From the NCBI GenBank assembly GCA_046723735.1, contig JBKOVB010000088.1:6571-70570 (forward strand): a stretch of 64,000 bases of DNA. Reading direction: 5' to 3'. The notes under the pieces are model-generated. The model saw only the letters and a program-made list of their open reading frames with translations. It was not told the DNA's origin and did not search any database. Position numbers and translations under genes: made by a program. Below are positions 15,544 to 28,536 of this stretch, in pieces. The stretch is from Actinomycetota bacterium. GTDB lineage: Bacteria > Actinomycetota > Actinomycetes > Mycobacteriales > SCTD01. The stretch's first letter is position 1. The number at the start of each line of letters is the position of its first letter.

Positions 15544-18161
15544 GTCGGCTCACCCGGATCGTCGTTCTTGGCTTCACCGGCGTTCTCGTCGACCACCTCC
15601 GGCGCCGCCCCGTCCTCGTCCGCGACGCCGACCACGACCTCCGACAGGCCGGCCTGGTCCTGGGCCGCCCCGTGGGCCGGTTCGCCGACCTCCTCGGGCT
15701 CGTTGCGCGCCAGCGCCACGACCGCGTCGCCGGCGTCGAGCGCGACGAAGCGCACGCCCATGGTGTCACGGCCCTTGGCGTCGACCTCGTCCACGCGGCT
15801 GCGGGTCACCGAGCCGCTGGCCCGGATGCAGAGCACCTCGTCGTCGTCGCCGACGATGAGTGCCCCCACCAGCGAGCCGCGCTGGTCGGTGAGCTTGGCC
15901 GCCTTGATCCCCAGGCCGCCACGGCCCTGGACCCGGTACTGGTCGACCTTGGTGCGCTTGGCATACCCGCCGTCGGTCACCGTGAAGACGAACCGCTCGT
16001 CGTCGCTGCTGCGGACGACGTCCATCGACAGCAGCTCGTCGCCGGACCGGAACGCCATGCCCCGTACGCCGGAGGTGTCGCGGCCCATCGGGCGCAGCTG
16101 CTCGTCGTCGGCCCGGAACCGCACCGACTGGCCCTTGCGCGAGACCAGCAGCAAGTCGTCGTCGGCGCTGCACAGCGCCGCCCCGATGAGCTCGTCGTCC
16201 TCGCGCAGGTTGATCGCGATGAGCCCACCCGTGCGGGGCGAGTCGAATCTGGCCAGCTCGGTCTTCTTGACCTGTCCCGACCGCGTCGCCAGCACGAGGT
16301 ACGGCGCGACGCCATAGTCCTCGATGTCGATGACCTGCGCGATCTTCTCGTCGGGCTGGAACGCGAGGATGTTCGCCACGTGCTGCCCACGGGCATCACG
16401 GTTGGCCTCGGGCAGCTCGTGCGCCTTGGCGCGGTAGACCCGCCCCTTGTTCGTGAAGAACAGCAGCCAGTGGTGCGTCGTGGTGGTGAAGAAGTGCGCC
16501 ACGACGTCGTCCTGCTTCAGCTGTGCGCCGCGCACGCCCTTGCCGCCGCGCTTCTGCTGGCGGTACAGGTCGGTCTTGGTGCGCTTGGCGTACCCGCCCG
16601 TGGTCACGGTGACGACCACGTCCTCCTGCGGGATGAAGTCCTCCGCGGACAGGTCGCCCTCGGCGGGCAGGATCCGGGTACGCCGGTCGTCGCCGTACTT
16701 GTCGACGATCTCGGCGAGCTCCTCCCCCACGATCGCGCGCTGCCGGCCCGGGTCGACGAGGATCGCGTTGAGGTCCGCGATCTCGGCCTCCCGCTCGGTG
16801 AGCTCGTCGAGGATGCGCTGGCGCTCCAGGGCCGCCAGCCGGCGCAGCTGCATGTCGAGGATCGCGACGGCCTGGACCTCGTCGATGTCGAGCAGCTGCA
16901 TGAGGCCCTCACGCGCCGCGTCGGCGCTCTCGGCGCCGCGGATGAGCGCGATGACGGCGTCGAGCTGGTCCAGCGCCTTGCCGAGCGCCCGCAAGATGTG
17001 GGCCCGCTCTTCGGCCTTGCGCAGCCGGTAGCGGGTGCGGCGGACGATGACCTCGACCTGGTGCGCGACGTAGTGCCGCACGAACTCGTCGAGACGCAGC
17101 GTGCGCGGTACCCCGTCGACGAGCGCGAGCATGTTGGCGCCGAAGGAGTCCTGCAGCTGGGTGTGCTTGTAGAGGTTGTTCAGCACGACCTTGGCGATGG
17201 CGTCGCGGCGCAGCTCGACGACCAGGCGGGTCTCGGTGGTCGACTCGTCAATGACGTTCGAGATGCCCTTGAGCTTCCCCTCGTCGGCGAGCTCGGCGAT
17301 GCGGCGCGCCAGCCCGTCGCGGTTCACCTGGTACGGCAGGTCGGTGATGACGAGCTGGGTGCGGTCACCCCCGCGCCCCGACACCGTCTCCACCTCGACG
17401 ACGGCGCGCATCCGGATCGAGCCGCGCCCGGTCCGGTAGGCATCCTCGATCCCCTCGCGGCCCACGATGAGCGCGCCGGTCGGGAAGTCGGGGCCCTGCA
17501 CCCGCTCCAGGCAGGCCTCGAGCGTCTCCTCCGCCGTCGCGTCCGGGTGGCTCAGCACCCACTGCACCGCGCTCGCGACCTCACGCAGGTTGTGCGGCGG
17601 AATGTTGGTCGCCATGCCCACCGCGATGCCGGCAGCACCGTTGACGAGCAGGTTCGGGAACCGTGACGGCAGGACCGTCGGCTCCTGCGACCGGCCGTCG
17701 TAGTTGGGCGTGAAGTCGACCGTCTCCTGGTCGATGTCCCGCAGCAGCTCCATCGCCAGCGGCTGGAGCTTGCACTCGGTGTACCGCTGGGCGGCCGGCG
17801 GGTCGTCGCCGGGTGAGCCGAAGTTGCCGTTCCCGTCGACCAACGGGTAGCGCAGCGACCAGGGCTGGGCGAGTCGCACCAGGGCGTCGTAGATGGCCGA
17901 GTCGCCGTGCGGGTGGTAGTTGCCCATGACGTCGCCGACCACGCGAGCGCACTTGAAGTAGCCGCGATCGGGGCGGTAGCCGCCGTCGTACATGGCGTAG
18001 AGCACGCGACGGTGCACCGGCTTCAAGCCGTCACGCACGTCCGGCAGCGCGCGCTGGACGATGACGGACATCGCGTAGTCGAGGAACGAGCGCTGCATCT
18101 CGACTTCGATGCCGACCGGCTCCACCCGGTCCTCGGGGGGCGGGGGCAGGACCTCAGTCAC
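15540..18161 (-). CDS. gyrA: DNA gyrase subunit A
   Basis: N-terminus [37 protein letters not shown] with the catalytic region, and GyrA-box beta-pinwheel repeats. It ends in an acidic C-terminal tail. Confidence 0.97.
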   Translation of the reverse strand: MTEVLPPPPEDRVEPVGIEVEMQRSFLDYAMSVIVQRALPDVRDGLKPVHRRVLYAMYDGGYRPDRGYFKCARVVGDVMGNYHPHGDSAIYDALVRLAQPWSLRYPLVDGNGNFGSPGDDPPAAQRYTECKLQPLAMELLRDIDQETVDFTPNYDGRSQEPTVLPSRFPNLLVNGAAGIAVGMATNIPPHNLREVASAVQWVLSHPDATAEETLEACLERVQGPDFPTGALIVGREGIEDAYRTGRGSIRMRAVVEVETVSGRGGDRTQLVITDLPYQVNRDGLARRIAELADEGKLKGISNVIDESTTETRLVVELRRDAIAKVVLNNLYKHTQLQDSFGANMLALVDGVPRTLRLDEFVRHYVAHQVEVIVRRTRYRLRKAEERAHILRALGKALDQLDAVIALIRGAESADAAREGLMQLLDIDEVQAVAILDMQLRRLAALERQRILDELTEREAEIADLNAILVDPGRQRAIVGEELAEIVDKYGDDRRTRILPAEGDLSAEDFIPQEDVVVTVTTGGYAKRTKTDLYRQQKRGGKGVRGAQLKQDDVVAHFFTTTTHHWLLFFTNKGRVYRAKAHELPEANRDARGQHVANILAFQPDEKIAQVIDIEDYGVAPYLVLATRSGQVKKTELARFDSPRTGGLIAINLREDDELIGAALCSADDDLLLVSRKGQSVRFRADDEQLRPMGRDTSGVRGMAFRSGDELLSMDVVRSSDDERFVFTVTDGGYAKRTKVDQYRVQGRGGLGIKAAKLTDQRGSLVGALIVGDDDEVLCIRASGSVTRSRVDEVDAKGRDTMGVRFVALDAGDAVVALARNEPEEVGEPAHGAAQDQAGLSEVVVGVADEDGAAPEVVDENAGEAKNDDPGEPT

Positions 18162-18184
18162 TCCGTGACCCTCTCAGTGAGCGT

Positions 18185-18200
18185 TGTTCCACGTGGAACG
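18185..18200. other. parS-like centromere site 1
   Basis: TGTTCCACGTGGAACG, with a perfect 14-bp palindrome GTTCCACGTGGAAC. It matches the parS consensus tGTTnCACGTGnAACa. Confidence 0.6.
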
Positions 18201-18211
18201 ACGCGCGACCA

Positions 18212-18227
18212 TGTTCCACGTGGAACG
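18212..18227. other. parS-like centromere site 2
   Basis: An identical 19-bp copy (TGTTCCACGTGGAACGACG) lies 27 bp from site 1. Confidence 0.6.
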
Positions 18228-18274
18228 ACGGCGGAGGCGGTGTTCTCGTTGCCATCCTCGCTGCGCCGACTGCG

Positions 18275-18295
18275 GGCACCCGCCGCGCGGGTGCC
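18275..18295 (-). other. Strong hairpin just downstream of gyrB
   Basis: Perfect 9-bp stem GGCACCCGC / GCGGGTGCC with a 3-nt loop, and no U-tract. It could be an attenuator, a processing site or a stabiliser within the gyrBA transcript. Confidence 0.35.
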
Positions 18296-18311
18296 ACTCC
18301 GTCGTGCTCGG

Positions 18312-20351
<2,040 letters not shown>

Positions 20352-20512
20352 TCAGTGTAGTCGCTGAGAGCGACACGGCGGGGTCCCACGCCGCACCTGT
20401 GGGCCCGGAAAAGGGCCTGGGGACGCGCCAGCGGCGCGCAACCCCCCGCCATGTGTCCCCCCACGTCATGGCCTACCTCCCGCCGTACAAGCCGTACGTC
20501 GAACGGACCGGC

Positions 20513-21040
20513 TCAGCCGTAGGTGTCGCGCGGGCCCCGCCCCTGCACCCGTCGCGGGCCCTTGCGCCAGTCCGGCTGGGCGGGGCCGCGCACGACGACC
20601 CTGGTCGCCACGCCCTCGCCGGCGTGCTCGCGCACCCGCGCCAGGAGGGTCTTCGTGAGCAACCGCAGCTGCGTCGCCCACGCCGTGGACTCGGCCACGA
20701 GCACCAGCTCGCCGTCGACCAGGGACACCGGCTGGCAGTGGTCCGCGATCTCCGGCCCGACGACAGCGGCCCAGTTCGCGAGCACGCCGGCTGCTGTGGT
20801 GGTGTCCTCCCACCCGCGCTCGGCCACCAGCCGCTGGATCGCCTCCCCGAACCGCACCGGGTCGCGCCCGTCACCCGTGCGCCGCGGCGCCTGCTTCCGT
20901 ACGGCGCGGCCGTTGCGTTGGGCAGCAGCCCCTCCGCCGGCGGTCACTCCCTTGGCGCGAGCCGCCGCACGGGCCTCGGCCAGCGCCCGTCGTACCAGGT
21001 CCGGACCACTGGCCTGGTCGTCGTCGCACTCAGCGGACAC
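20513..21040 (-). CDS. dciA: DUF721 domain protein (DciA-type helicase operator, Rv0004-like)
   Basis: Conserved recF-gyrB position. DUF721-like core: [37 protein letters not shown]. Confidence 0.75.
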   Translation of the reverse strand: MSAECDDDQASGPDLVRRALAEARAAARAKGVTAGGGAAAQRNGRAVRKQAPRRTGDGRDPVRFGEAIQRLVAERGWEDTTTAAGVLANWAAVVGPEIADHCQPVSLVDGELVLVAESTAWATQLRLLTKTLLARVREHAGEGVATRVVVRGPAQPDWRKGPRRVQGRGPRDTYG

Positions 21041-22157
21041 GGGTCACCACGCCGTCGTGCACGTCGTACCGGCCGCCGACCAGCTGCTCCGGCACGTCCC
21101 CCGGTACGGCGGCCGTCACCAGCACCTGACCCGCAGGCTGCACCAGCGCGGCGAGTCGCTCGCGCCGCCCGGTGTCGAGCTCGGCGAAGACGTCGTCCAG
21201 CACGAGCACCGGCTCGCCGCCGTCGGCCTTGAGCAGCTCGTACGACCCCAGGCGCAGCGCCAGCGCCGCCGACCAGGACTCGCCGTGGGAGGCGTAGCCC
21301 TTGACGGGCAGCGTCCCGAGGCTGAGCAGCAGCTCGTCGCGGTGCGGCCCCACGAGCGACACGCCGCGCTCGACCTCCTGGGCCCGCACCCTGGCGAGCT
21401 CGGACAGCAGCGCCGCGGCCAGCACCTCGCGATCACGGGTATCGGGCAGCGCGTCGGCGAGCGAGCTCTTGTACGCGAGCCCCAGCTCGCCCTGACCCTT
21501 CGAGACCTCCCGGTAGGCCACCTGCGCGAACGGCAGCAGGTCGTCGACGAGCGTCAGCCGAGCCGCCAGCAGCTCCGACCCCGTCTGCGCGAGGTGGCTG
21601 TCCCACACGTCCAGGGTGCGCATGTCCGCGCCGCCCGAGCGCCGCGCGAGGAACGCGGTCTTGAGCAGCGCGTTGCGCTGCTTGAGCACGCGTTCGTAGT
21701 CCGCCCGCACACCCGCGAGCCGGGGTGCGCGCGCCACGAGCAGGTCGTCGAGGAACCGGCGGCGGTCCGACGGGTCCCCCTTGACGAGCGCCAGGTCCTC
21801 GGGCGCGAACAGCACGGTGCGCAGGATCCCGAGCACCTCGCGGGCGCGGGGCACCGGCGCCCGGTTGACGCGCGCCCGGTTCGCCTTGCCCGGGTTGAGC
21901 TCGAGCTCGACGAGGGTGGACCGGCCGTCGCGCTCGACCCGGGTACGCACGATCGCGCGCTCGGCGCCCTGCCGCACCAGCGGCGCGTCGGACGACACCC
22001 GATGGGAGCCGAGCGTCGCGACGTAGAGCAGCGCCTCGACGACGTTGGTCTTGCCCTGCCCGTTGCTGCCGACGAGCGCGGTCGGGCCCGGGCCCAGCTC
22101 CAGGTCGAGCTGTGGCCAGGACCTGAAGTCGGTGAGCGACAGGGCGGAGACGTGCAT
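21030..22157 (-). CDS. recF: DNA replication/repair protein RecF
   Basis: Start [14 protein letters not shown] at 22157, overlapping the gnd stop by 1 nt. Walker A motif GSNGQGKTN. The ABC signature region and Walker B ([11 protein letters not shown]) are present. Confidence 0.95.
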   Translation of the reverse strand: MHVSALSLTDFRSWPQLDLELGPGPTALVGSNGQGKTNVVEALLYVATLGSHRVSSDAPLVRQGAERAIVRTRVERDGRSTLVELELNPGKANRARVNRAPVPRAREVLGILRTVLFAPEDLALVKGDPSDRRRFLDDLLVARAPRLAGVRADYERVLKQRNALLKTAFLARRSGGADMRTLDVWDSHLAQTGSELLAARLTLVDDLLPFAQVAYREVSKGQGELGLAYKSSLADALPDTRDREVLAAALLSELARVRAQEVERGVSLVGPHRDELLLSLGTLPVKGYASHGESWSAALALRLGSYELLKADGGEPVLVLDDVFAELDTGRRERLAALVQPAGQVLVTAAVPGDVPEQLVGGRYDVHDGVVTRVR

Positions 22158-23119
22158 CAGCTGCCGGACGAGGCCACGTCGGCCGGCGGCGAGACGTCCG
22201 CACCCGGCGCGTCGGCGCCCTTCTCCACGGAGCCGGCCGCGCTCGTCACCGCGTGCCCGCCGAACTGGTTGCGCAGCGCCGCGATCATCTTCATCGCCGG
22301 GCTGTCGTCCTGCCGTGAGGCGAACCGCGCGAACAGCGCCGCCGTGATGACGGGCAGCGGTACGGCGTGGTCGACCGCCGCCTGCACGGTCCACCTCCCC
22401 TCGCCGCTGTCCTGCGCGAACCCGCGCAGCTCCGACAGGTGCGGGTCGACCTCCAGCGCGCGGACGGCGAGGTCGAGCAGCCAGGACCGGATGACCGTCC
22501 CGCTCTGCCAGCTGCTGAGGACGGCCGGTACGTCGGTGATGAGGTCGGTCGCCTCCATGAGCTCCCAGCCCTCGGCGTACGCCTGCATCAGGCCGTACTC
22601 GATGCCGTTGTGCACCATCTTCGCGAAGTGGCCGGCCCCCACAGCCCCGGCGTGAACAAAGCCGTGCTCGCCGTCAGGCTTCAGCGCGTCGAAGAACGGC
22701 TGCACCAGCGCGACGTGGGCCGGGTCGCCCCCGCACATGAGCGCGTAGCCCTCGGTGAGGCCCCACACGCCACCGCTCACTCCGCAGTCGACGAAGCCGA
22801 TCCCCTTGCGCCCCAGCACTTCTGCGTGCACCTGGTCGTCGGTGTATCGCGAGTTGCCGCCGTCCACGACGACGTCACCGGGCTCGAGCAGCTCGCCGAG
22901 CGTGTCGACGGTGGCCCGTGTCGCGTCGCCCGCCGGCACCATCACCCACACCACCCGCGGCGTCGGCAGCGCCGCGACGAGGGCCTCGAGCGACTCGACG
23001 TCCCGCACGCCGGGTGCCCGGTCGTACCCCACGACCGTGAGCCCGCCGCGCCGCATCCGCTCGGTCATGTTGCCGCCCATGCGGCCGAGCCCGACCATGC
23101 CGATCGTCGGTGCGGACAT
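22157..23119 (-). CDS. gnd: 6-phosphogluconate dehydrogenase (decarboxylating), short-chain type
   Basis: Rossmann motif [13 protein letters not shown] and 6PGDH core [17 protein letters not shown]. The dnaN-gnd-recF order matches that in Streptomyces. Confidence 0.9.
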   Translation of the reverse strand: MSAPTIGMVGLGRMGGNMTERMRRGGLTVVGYDRAPGVRDVESLEALVAALPTPRVVWVMVPAGDATRATVDTLGELLEPGDVVVDGGNSRYTDDQVHAEVLGRKGIGFVDCGVSGGVWGLTEGYALMCGGDPAHVALVQPFFDALKPDGEHGFVHAGAVGAGHFAKMVHNGIEYGLMQAYAEGWELMEATDLITDVPAVLSSWQSGTVIRSWLLDLAVRALEVDPHLSELRGFAQDSGEGRWTVQAAVDHAVPLPVITAALFARFASRQDDSPAMKMIAALRNQFGGHAVTSAAGSVEKGADAPGADVSPPADVASSGS

Positions 23120-23153
23120 CAGCGTCGCTCCCCTCGTCGTGCGGGTCCGGCCC

Positions 23154-24281
23154 TCAGCCCGAGAGTCGCACCGGCATGAGCAGGTACCGGTAGTCGTCGA
23201 CCGACGCGTCGGCGTGCCGCTTGCCGGTGAGGACCGCGGGCCGCGTCGACGCGGTGAACGACAGGGTCGTCACGTCGCTGTCCACGGCGCCCAGGCCGTC
23301 GAGCAGGTACTGCGGGTTGAAGGCGATCGACATGTCCTCCCCCTCCCAGCCGCACTCCAGGCGCTCCGAGGCCTGCGCGTCGTCCTGGCCGCCGGCCTCG
23401 AGCACGACGCCGTCGGCGGAGAACGCGAGCCGCACCGGCGCGTTGCGGGCGGCCACGAGAGCGACGCGCTTCACCGCCTCGACGAACGGTGCCGTCGCGA
23501 CCTCCGCGATCGAGGTGCTCTCGGCCGGGAGCAGCGAGCGGTACTTGGGGAACTCACCCTCGAGCAGCCGGCTCGTCGTACGACGGCCACCGCCCTCGAA
23601 GCCGATCATCCCCTCCCCGGCGCCCCCCGTGGCCAGCGCCAAGGTGACCTCGGGGCCCGAGGTGAGCGCCTTGGCGGTGTCGGCCAGGGTGCGAGCCGGC
23701 ACGAGCGCGGTCGCCGACATCCCGGGCTGCTCGGGCTTCCAAGGCAGGGTCCGGACCGCGAGCCGGTAGCGGTCGGTCGCGGCCAGCGTGACCTGGTCGC
23801 CCTCGATCTCGACGCGGACACCGGTCAGCACGGGCAGCGTGTCGTCCCGGCCGGCGGCGAGCGCCACCTGAGCGACCGCGGCGCCGAAGACGTCACTCTC
23901 CAGCTTGCCTGCCGCGGTGGGCATGGCCGGCAGCGTCGGGTAGTCCTCGACGGCCATCGTGGGCAGCGTGAAGCGAGCGGCGCCGCAGGTCAGCACCACC
24001 CGGGCGCCCTCGAGGCGCAGGTCGACCGGCTGGGCGGGCAGCGCGCGGGCGATGTCGGCGAGCAGCCGGCCGGGCACGAGGACCCGCCCGGTCTCCGCGA
24101 CCGTGGCGTCGACGGTGATCTGCGAGGAGACCTCGTAGTCGAACCCGCTCACGGACAGGCCGTCCTGCCCGGTCTCGAGCAGCAGCCCGAGCAGCACCTG
24201 CATCGGGGGTCGGGTCGGGAGCGAGCGGGCGGTCCAGCCCACCGCGTCCACGAGCGCGTCGCGCTCGACCCTCAGCTCCAT
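23154..24281 (-). CDS. dnaN: DNA polymerase III beta sliding clamp
   Basis: Start MELRVERDALVDAVGW at 24281, giving 375 aa with the three-domain clamp pattern. The track ORF extends further, into oriC. Confidence 0.95.
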   Translation of the reverse strand: MELRVERDALVDAVGWTARSLPTRPPMQVLLGLLLETGQDGLSVSGFDYEVSSQITVDATVAETGRVLVPGRLLADIARALPAQPVDLRLEGARVVLTCGAARFTLPTMAVEDYPTLPAMPTAAGKLESDVFGAAVAQVALAAGRDDTLPVLTGVRVEIEGDQVTLAATDRYRLAVRTLPWKPEQPGMSATALVPARTLADTAKALTSGPEVTLALATGGAGEGMIGFEGGGRRTTSRLLEGEFPKYRSLLPAESTSIAEVATAPFVEAVKRVALVAARNAPVRLAFSADGVVLEAGGQDDAQASERLECGWEGEDMSIAFNPQYLLDGLGAVDSDVTTLSFTASTRPAVLTGKRHADASVDDYRYLLMPVRLSG

Positions 24282-24635
24282 GTCGTTGCCCTCTCCAGAC
24301 GGTTGTGCAGCGGTGCGGGACTTCGAGTGTGACGCATCCCTGGTCGTGCGGGGCTCCACAGGTTGGGCACCCCCGAAACCCTCAGGGGTTCTTCGAGAAA
24401 GAGATGTCCCGTCGTGGCCGTAGGTCCCTGCAGCCTTGTGGAGCCCTTGCATCGTGCCAGGTGAGACGGCGTGTCGGAGTGCGGACGAGGTGTGGACGTC
24501 CACCCGGTGTCCCCGTGGACGTCGGTGGACGGTCCTGTGGCGTTCAACGCGCGTCCACCGACGGCCAGGGTCATCCACATGCTTGTCCCCAGACTGTGCA
24601 GAGGCCCTGTGACAGCCGTCACGCGCGCGCCCAGG
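24282..24635. other. dnaA-dnaN spacer: candidate oriC segment with degenerate DnaA boxes and a low-GC patch
   Basis: TCCACA/TGTGGA-type boxes: GCTCCACA (24353), TGTGGAGC (24438), TGTGGACGT (24491), GTGGACGT (24515), GTGGACGG (24525), GCGTCCAC (24551), TCATCCACA (24571), TTGTCCCCA (24583). There is a 12-bp palindrome GTGGACGTCCAC at 24492-24503. The low-GC stretch TTCTTCGAGAAAGAGATG near 24389-24406 is a possible unwinding element. Confidence 0.65.
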
Positions 24636-26219
24636 TCAGGCGCGGGCACGCGTCTTGATGCGGTTGGTGAGCTCGGCGACCTGGTTGTAGGTCTGGCGCC
24701 GCTCGGCCATCTGCGCGCGGATCTTGCGGTCGGCGTGGATGACCGTGGTGTGGTCGCGGCCGCCGAACATCTGCCCGATCTTGGGCAGCGACATGTCGGT
24801 CAGCTCGCGGCACAGGTACATGGCGATCTGGCGGGCGGTCACCAGCACCCGGGACCGGGACGAGCCGCAGAGGTCCTCCATCGTGAGGCTGAAGTACTCC
24901 GCGGTGGCGGCCATGATCGTGGCGCCGGTGATCTCGGGGCCTCCGTCAGCCGGGATGAGGTCCTTGAGCACCACCTCGGCGAGGCTGAGGTCGACCGGCT
25001 GCCGGTTGAGGCTCGCGAACGCCGTGACCCGGATCAGGGCACCTTCGAGCTCGCGGATGTTCGTCGCGATCTTGCTGGCGATGAACTCGAGCACGTCCGG
25101 CGGTACGGCGAGGCGGTCGCTCGCGGCCTTCTTGCGGAGGATCGCGATGCGGGTCTCGACGTCCGGCGGCTGGACGTCGGTGATCAGGCCCCACTGGAAC
25201 CGGGTGCGCAGCCGGTCCTCCAGGGTCGACAGCTGCTGCGGCGGCCGGTCGCTCGTGATGACGATCTGCTTGTTCGCGTTGTGCAGCGTGTTGAACGTGT
25301 GGAAGAACTCCTCCTGCGTCCGTTCCTTGTTCTCCAGGAACTGGATGTCGTCGACGAGCAGGACGTCCACGTCGCGGTAGCGGCGCTGGAAGGCGTGCTG
25401 CTTGTCGTCGCGCAGGCTGTTGATGAAGTCGTTGGTGAACTCCTCGGAGCTCACGTAGCGCACCCGCACGCCCGGGAACAGGTGCTGGGCGTAGTGGCCG
25501 ATGGCGTGGAGCAGGTGCGTCTTGCCGAGCCCGCTCTCGCCGTACACGAACAGCGGGTTGTAGGCCTTGGCCGGCGCCTCGGCGACGGCGACCGCGGCGG
25601 CGTGCGCGAAGCGGTTCGAAGAGCCGATGACGAAGGTCTCGAACGTGTACTTCGGGTTCAGGCGCGCGGGCTCGACGTCCTTGCCGCGGGCCGGACGGCT
25701 GGCGAGGTCGATCACCTCGGCCATCGGCTCCGGCTGCCGGTCGCGCCCGGTGCCGGGGAGCGCCTCCCCGGGGCCGCCCCCAGGTGCCGGCGCCTCGGCC
25801 GGCAGCTCACTCGAGGGTGGGGGCGCCGCCTCGGTGGGGGCGACCGTGACGGCCACCCGGATCTCGCGTCCGTAGACCGCGGACAGGGCACCGGCCACGA
25901 CCGGCCGCAGCCGGTTCTCGAGCACGTCCTTGGCGAGGTCGTTCGGAGCGGCGAGCAGCACGGTGTCCTCGACGAGCCCGAGCGGGCGGGTGAGGTTGAC
26001 CCAGGCCTTGTGCTGCGGGGACAACGCCCCGTCGGCGAGGCCCGTCATGGCGCGCTGCCAGGCGGTGTCGACCGGGAGCGGCGCGGTGCCGTTGCCTCCC
26101 TCGTCGTCGGCGGCCCCGAGGGTCGCGTCGCCGGTCGGGGGGACAGGGCTGCTGTCGGTCACGCGGGCTCTCTTCGCGTCGGGTGCACGGCCCGACGTGA
26201 GGCCCGAGGTGGGTCGCAC
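24636..26219 (-). CDS. dnaA: Chromosomal replication initiator protein DnaA
   Basis: AAA+ Walker A motif [11 protein letters not shown], box VII, and the C-terminal DNA-binding helix ([33 protein letters not shown]). An alternative GTG start is at 26162. Confidence 0.97.
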   Translation of the reverse strand: MRPTSGLTSGRAPDAKRARVTDSSPVPPTGDATLGAADDEGGNGTAPLPVDTAWQRAMTGLADGALSPQHKAWVNLTRPLGLVEDTVLLAAPNDLAKDVLENRLRPVVAGALSAVYGREIRVAVTVAPTEAAPPPSSELPAEAPAPGGGPGEALPGTGRDRQPEPMAEVIDLASRPARGKDVEPARLNPKYTFETFVIGSSNRFAHAAAVAVAEAPAKAYNPLFVYGESGLGKTHLLHAIGHYAQHLFPGVRVRYVSSEEFTNDFINSLRDDKQHAFQRRYRDVDVLLVDDIQFLENKERTQEEFFHTFNTLHNANKQIVITSDRPPQQLSTLEDRLRTRFQWGLITDVQPPDVETRIAILRKKAASDRLAVPPDVLEFIASKIATNIRELEGALIRVTAFASLNRQPVDLSLAEVVLKDLIPADGGPEITGATIMAATAEYFSLTMEDLCGSSRSRVLVTARQIAMYLCRELTDMSLPKIGQMFGGRDHTTVIHADRKIRAQMAERRQTYNQVAELTNRIKTRARA

Positions 26220-26260
26220 GGCGGACGCGCGCCGGTCAGGCGGCGGTCCGGTGCTGGGGA

Positions 26261-26620
26261 CCGGACAAGATCACTGTCCACACGGTTGTCCACAAGTTGT
26301 GGACAAGAACCCGGACAAACTGTGACCCCGCTCACGCCCCGTGCTCACAATCGGTGGATGACGCTGTGGAAGAAGCGTCGGGCCAGCCGTGCGAGGAGGG
26401 GCCGGGGAGGGAGGGACGTTCCTGGGAAAGGGGGTCGGGGAAGGTCGTCCGGGGTGGTGGCCGGCAGGGACGCTAACAGCCCCGGAGGCCCGGCTGCAAG
26501 GGTTGTCCACAGGCTGGGGGACCGTCGTACGGCGTGTCGCGGGCCAGGTCCTTGACAGCGCGGCGGTCGACCGCACGGGGCGCGTTTGACCGCTGTGAGG
26601 CCCGTCCGTACCGTGGACAG
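26261..26620. promoter_or_regulatory. DnaA-box cluster upstream of dnaA (rpmH-dnaA spacer)
   Basis: Perfect TTGTCCACA at 26286-26294 and 26503-26511. Perfect reverse TGTGGACAA at 26298-26306, forming a head-to-head pair with the first box. Near-boxes: CTGTCCACA (26274), CCGGACAA (26261, 26311), GGTGGATGA (26354), TGTGGAAGA (26365), CGTGGACAG (26612). Confidence 0.75.
26586..26614 (+). promoter_or_regulatory. Candidate rpmH promoter
   Basis: TTGACC (26586-26591), a 17-nt spacer, then TACCGT (26609-26614). The -10 element overlaps a DnaA-box-like CGTGGACAG. Confidence 0.3.
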
Positions 26621-26745
26621 GTCTGTGCCCCGACCCTGCGCCGTGCGGTGAGTCCCCAGCGAGCCCGCTGAAGCCTCCCCGGACGACGCCGGCGGACCGG
26701 CGCACCCTGACGCCGTCATGACGTCCCCGAGCAGGAGCCCCTCCC

Positions 26746-26883
26746 GTGAGCAAGCGCACCTTCCAGCCGAACAACCGCCGTCGCGCGAAGACGCACGGCT
26801 TCCGGGTGCGTATGTCGACCCGTGCGGGCCGCGCGATCCTCGCGGCGCGTCGGCGCAAGGGTCGCACCGAGCTCTCGGCCTGA
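26746..26883 (+). CDS. rpmH: 50S ribosomal protein L34
   Basis: GTG start after GCAGGAG. The 45-aa product is [45 protein letters not shown]. Confidence 0.95.
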   Translation: MSKRTFQPNNRRRAKTHGFRVRMSTRAGRAILAARRRKGRTELSA

Positions 26884-26891
26884 GCCGGCCG

Positions 26892-27239
26892 GTGCTGTCG
26901 GCCGAGCACCGCCTGCGCTCCTCCCGGGAGTTCGCCCAGGTCGTGCGCCAGGGTCGTCGGGCGGGACGTCCCACCCTCGCGGCGCACCTGCTGGTCACCG
27001 ACTCCGGGGAGCCGCCGCGTGCCGGTCTCGTCGTGAGCAAGGCGGTCGGCGGCAGCGTCGTCCGCCACCGGGTCGCGCGCCGGCTCCGCCACGTCCTGCG
27101 GTTGCGCGTCCCCGAGCTGCCGGTTGGCAGCCTGCTGGTGGTGCGCGCCCTGCCGGCCGCTGCCACCGCCCCGAGCGCCGGGCTCGGCGCCGACCTCGAC
27201 CTCGCGCTGCACCGCTTGCTCCCTGCGACGGCGCGATGA
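26892..27239 (+). CDS. rnpA: Ribonuclease P protein component
   Basis: GTG start giving [23 protein letters not shown].. (RnpA signature), directly after rpmH. Confidence 0.9.
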   Translation: MLSAEHRLRSSREFAQVVRQGRRAGRPTLAAHLLVTDSGEPPRAGLVVSKAVGGSVVRHRVARRLRHVLRLRVPELPVGSLLVVRALPAAATAPSAGLGADLDLALHRLLPATAR

Positions 27240-27514
27240 CCGACCTGCTGCGCGCCCTGGTCGGGCTGCCGGCCCGGCTGGTGCTGCTGCTCATCGCCGG
27301 CTACCAGCGCTGGGTGAGCCCGGCGCTGGGCGAGCGCTGCCGGTTCGCGCCGAGCTGCAGCCACTACGCCGCCGACGCGCTGCGCGTGCACGGCCTGCTG
27401 CGCGGCAGCTGGCTCGCCGTACGGCGGGTGGGCCGCTGCCACCCCTGGAACCCCGGCGGATACGACCCGGTCCCCCGCCCCGCTGCTTCACCCCGCCCCG
27501 GAGCCACCTCGTGA
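27236..27514 (+). CDS. yidD: Membrane protein insertion efficiency factor YidD
   Basis: ATGA overlap with rnpA. Signature [31 protein letters not shown]. Confidence 0.85.
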   Translation: MTDLLRALVGLPARLVLLLIAGYQRWVSPALGERCRFAPSCSHYAADALRVHGLLRGSWLAVRRVGRCHPWNPGGYDPVPRPAASPRPGATS

Positions 27515-28536
27515 ACATCTTCCACGTCCTCGCCGCGCCCGTCGCCTACGTCCTGAAGCAGATCCACGCGGCACTGTCCACGTTCCTGCCCGACGGCAGC
27601 GGCTGGGCGTGGGGCCTGTCGATCGTGCTGCTCACGATCACGGTGCGCATCCTGCTGTTCCCGCTGTTCGTCAAGCAGATCAAGAGCCAGCGGCGCATGC
27701 AGGAGCTCGCGCCCAAGGTCAAGGAGCTGCAGGCCAAGCACAAGGGCGACCGCGAGACGCTCAACGTCGAGCTGATGAAGCTCTACAAGGAGCACGGCAC
27801 CAACCCGATCTCCGGCTGCCTCCCGCTGCTGCTGCAGCTCCCGATCTTCTTCGCGCTGTTCACCGTGATGAACGAGTTCCGGCCGGACAAGAACGGCGAG
27901 TTCCACGGGAAGTACGGCCTGTCCAGCGGGCTGATCGAGCAGGGCGCGCACGCGAAGGTCTTCGGGGCGCCGATTTCGGCGGCCTTCAACAGCTCGTCCT
28001 CGCTGCTGGCCAAGCTCGACGGGCACGCCACCACCGTGAAGATCGTCGCGACGCTGATGATCATCACGATGGGCGCCACGACGTTCTGGACGCAGCGCCA
28101 GATGATGGCTCGCAACGGCGCGCCGGCCGACCCGCAGCAGGCGCAGGTGCAGAAGATCATGCTGTACGTGCTGCCGCTGTCCTTCGCGGTGTTCGGCTTC
28201 AGCTTCCCGATCGGCGTGCTGCTGTACTGGCTCACCACCAACATCTGGTCGATGGGTCAGCAGCACTGGGTCATCGCGCGGATGCCACCGGTCGGAGCCG
28301 GTGTGGTCGCCGGGCAGAAGGCCGCTCCCAAGCCGGACCAGAAGTCGAGCATCCTTGGCTGGCGACGCGCTCCGGCGCCGGCCCCAGCCGAGGGTCCCAC
28401 CGCGCCCACCACCAACCCGGCGCCGACGCCCTCGCCGGCACCTGCCGCCGGCTCCCCCTCTCCCGCCCGTCCGGGTCAGGGCCGCGCCCAGGCCGGCTCC
28501 CGCAAGAACAAGAAGCGCAAGGGCGGACGGCGCTGA
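27511..28536 (+). CDS. yidC: Membrane protein insertase YidC
   Basis: GTGA overlap with yidD. YidC/Oxa1 core [52 protein letters not shown]. Basic C-terminal tail. Confidence 0.9.
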   Translation: MNIFHVLAAPVAYVLKQIHAALSTFLPDGSGWAWGLSIVLLTITVRILLFPLFVKQIKSQRRMQELAPKVKELQAKHKGDRETLNVELMKLYKEHGTNPISGCLPLLLQLPIFFALFTVMNEFRPDKNGEFHGKYGLSSGLIEQGAHAKVFGAPISAAFNSSSSLLAKLDGHATTVKIVATLMIITMGATTFWTQRQMMARNGAPADPQQAQVQKIMLYVLPLSFAVFGFSFPIGVLLYWLTTNIWSMGQQHWVIARMPPVGAGVVAGQKAAPKPDQKSSILGWRRAPAPAPAEGPTAPTTNPAPTPSPAPAAGSPSPARPGQGRAQAGSRKNKKRKGGRR

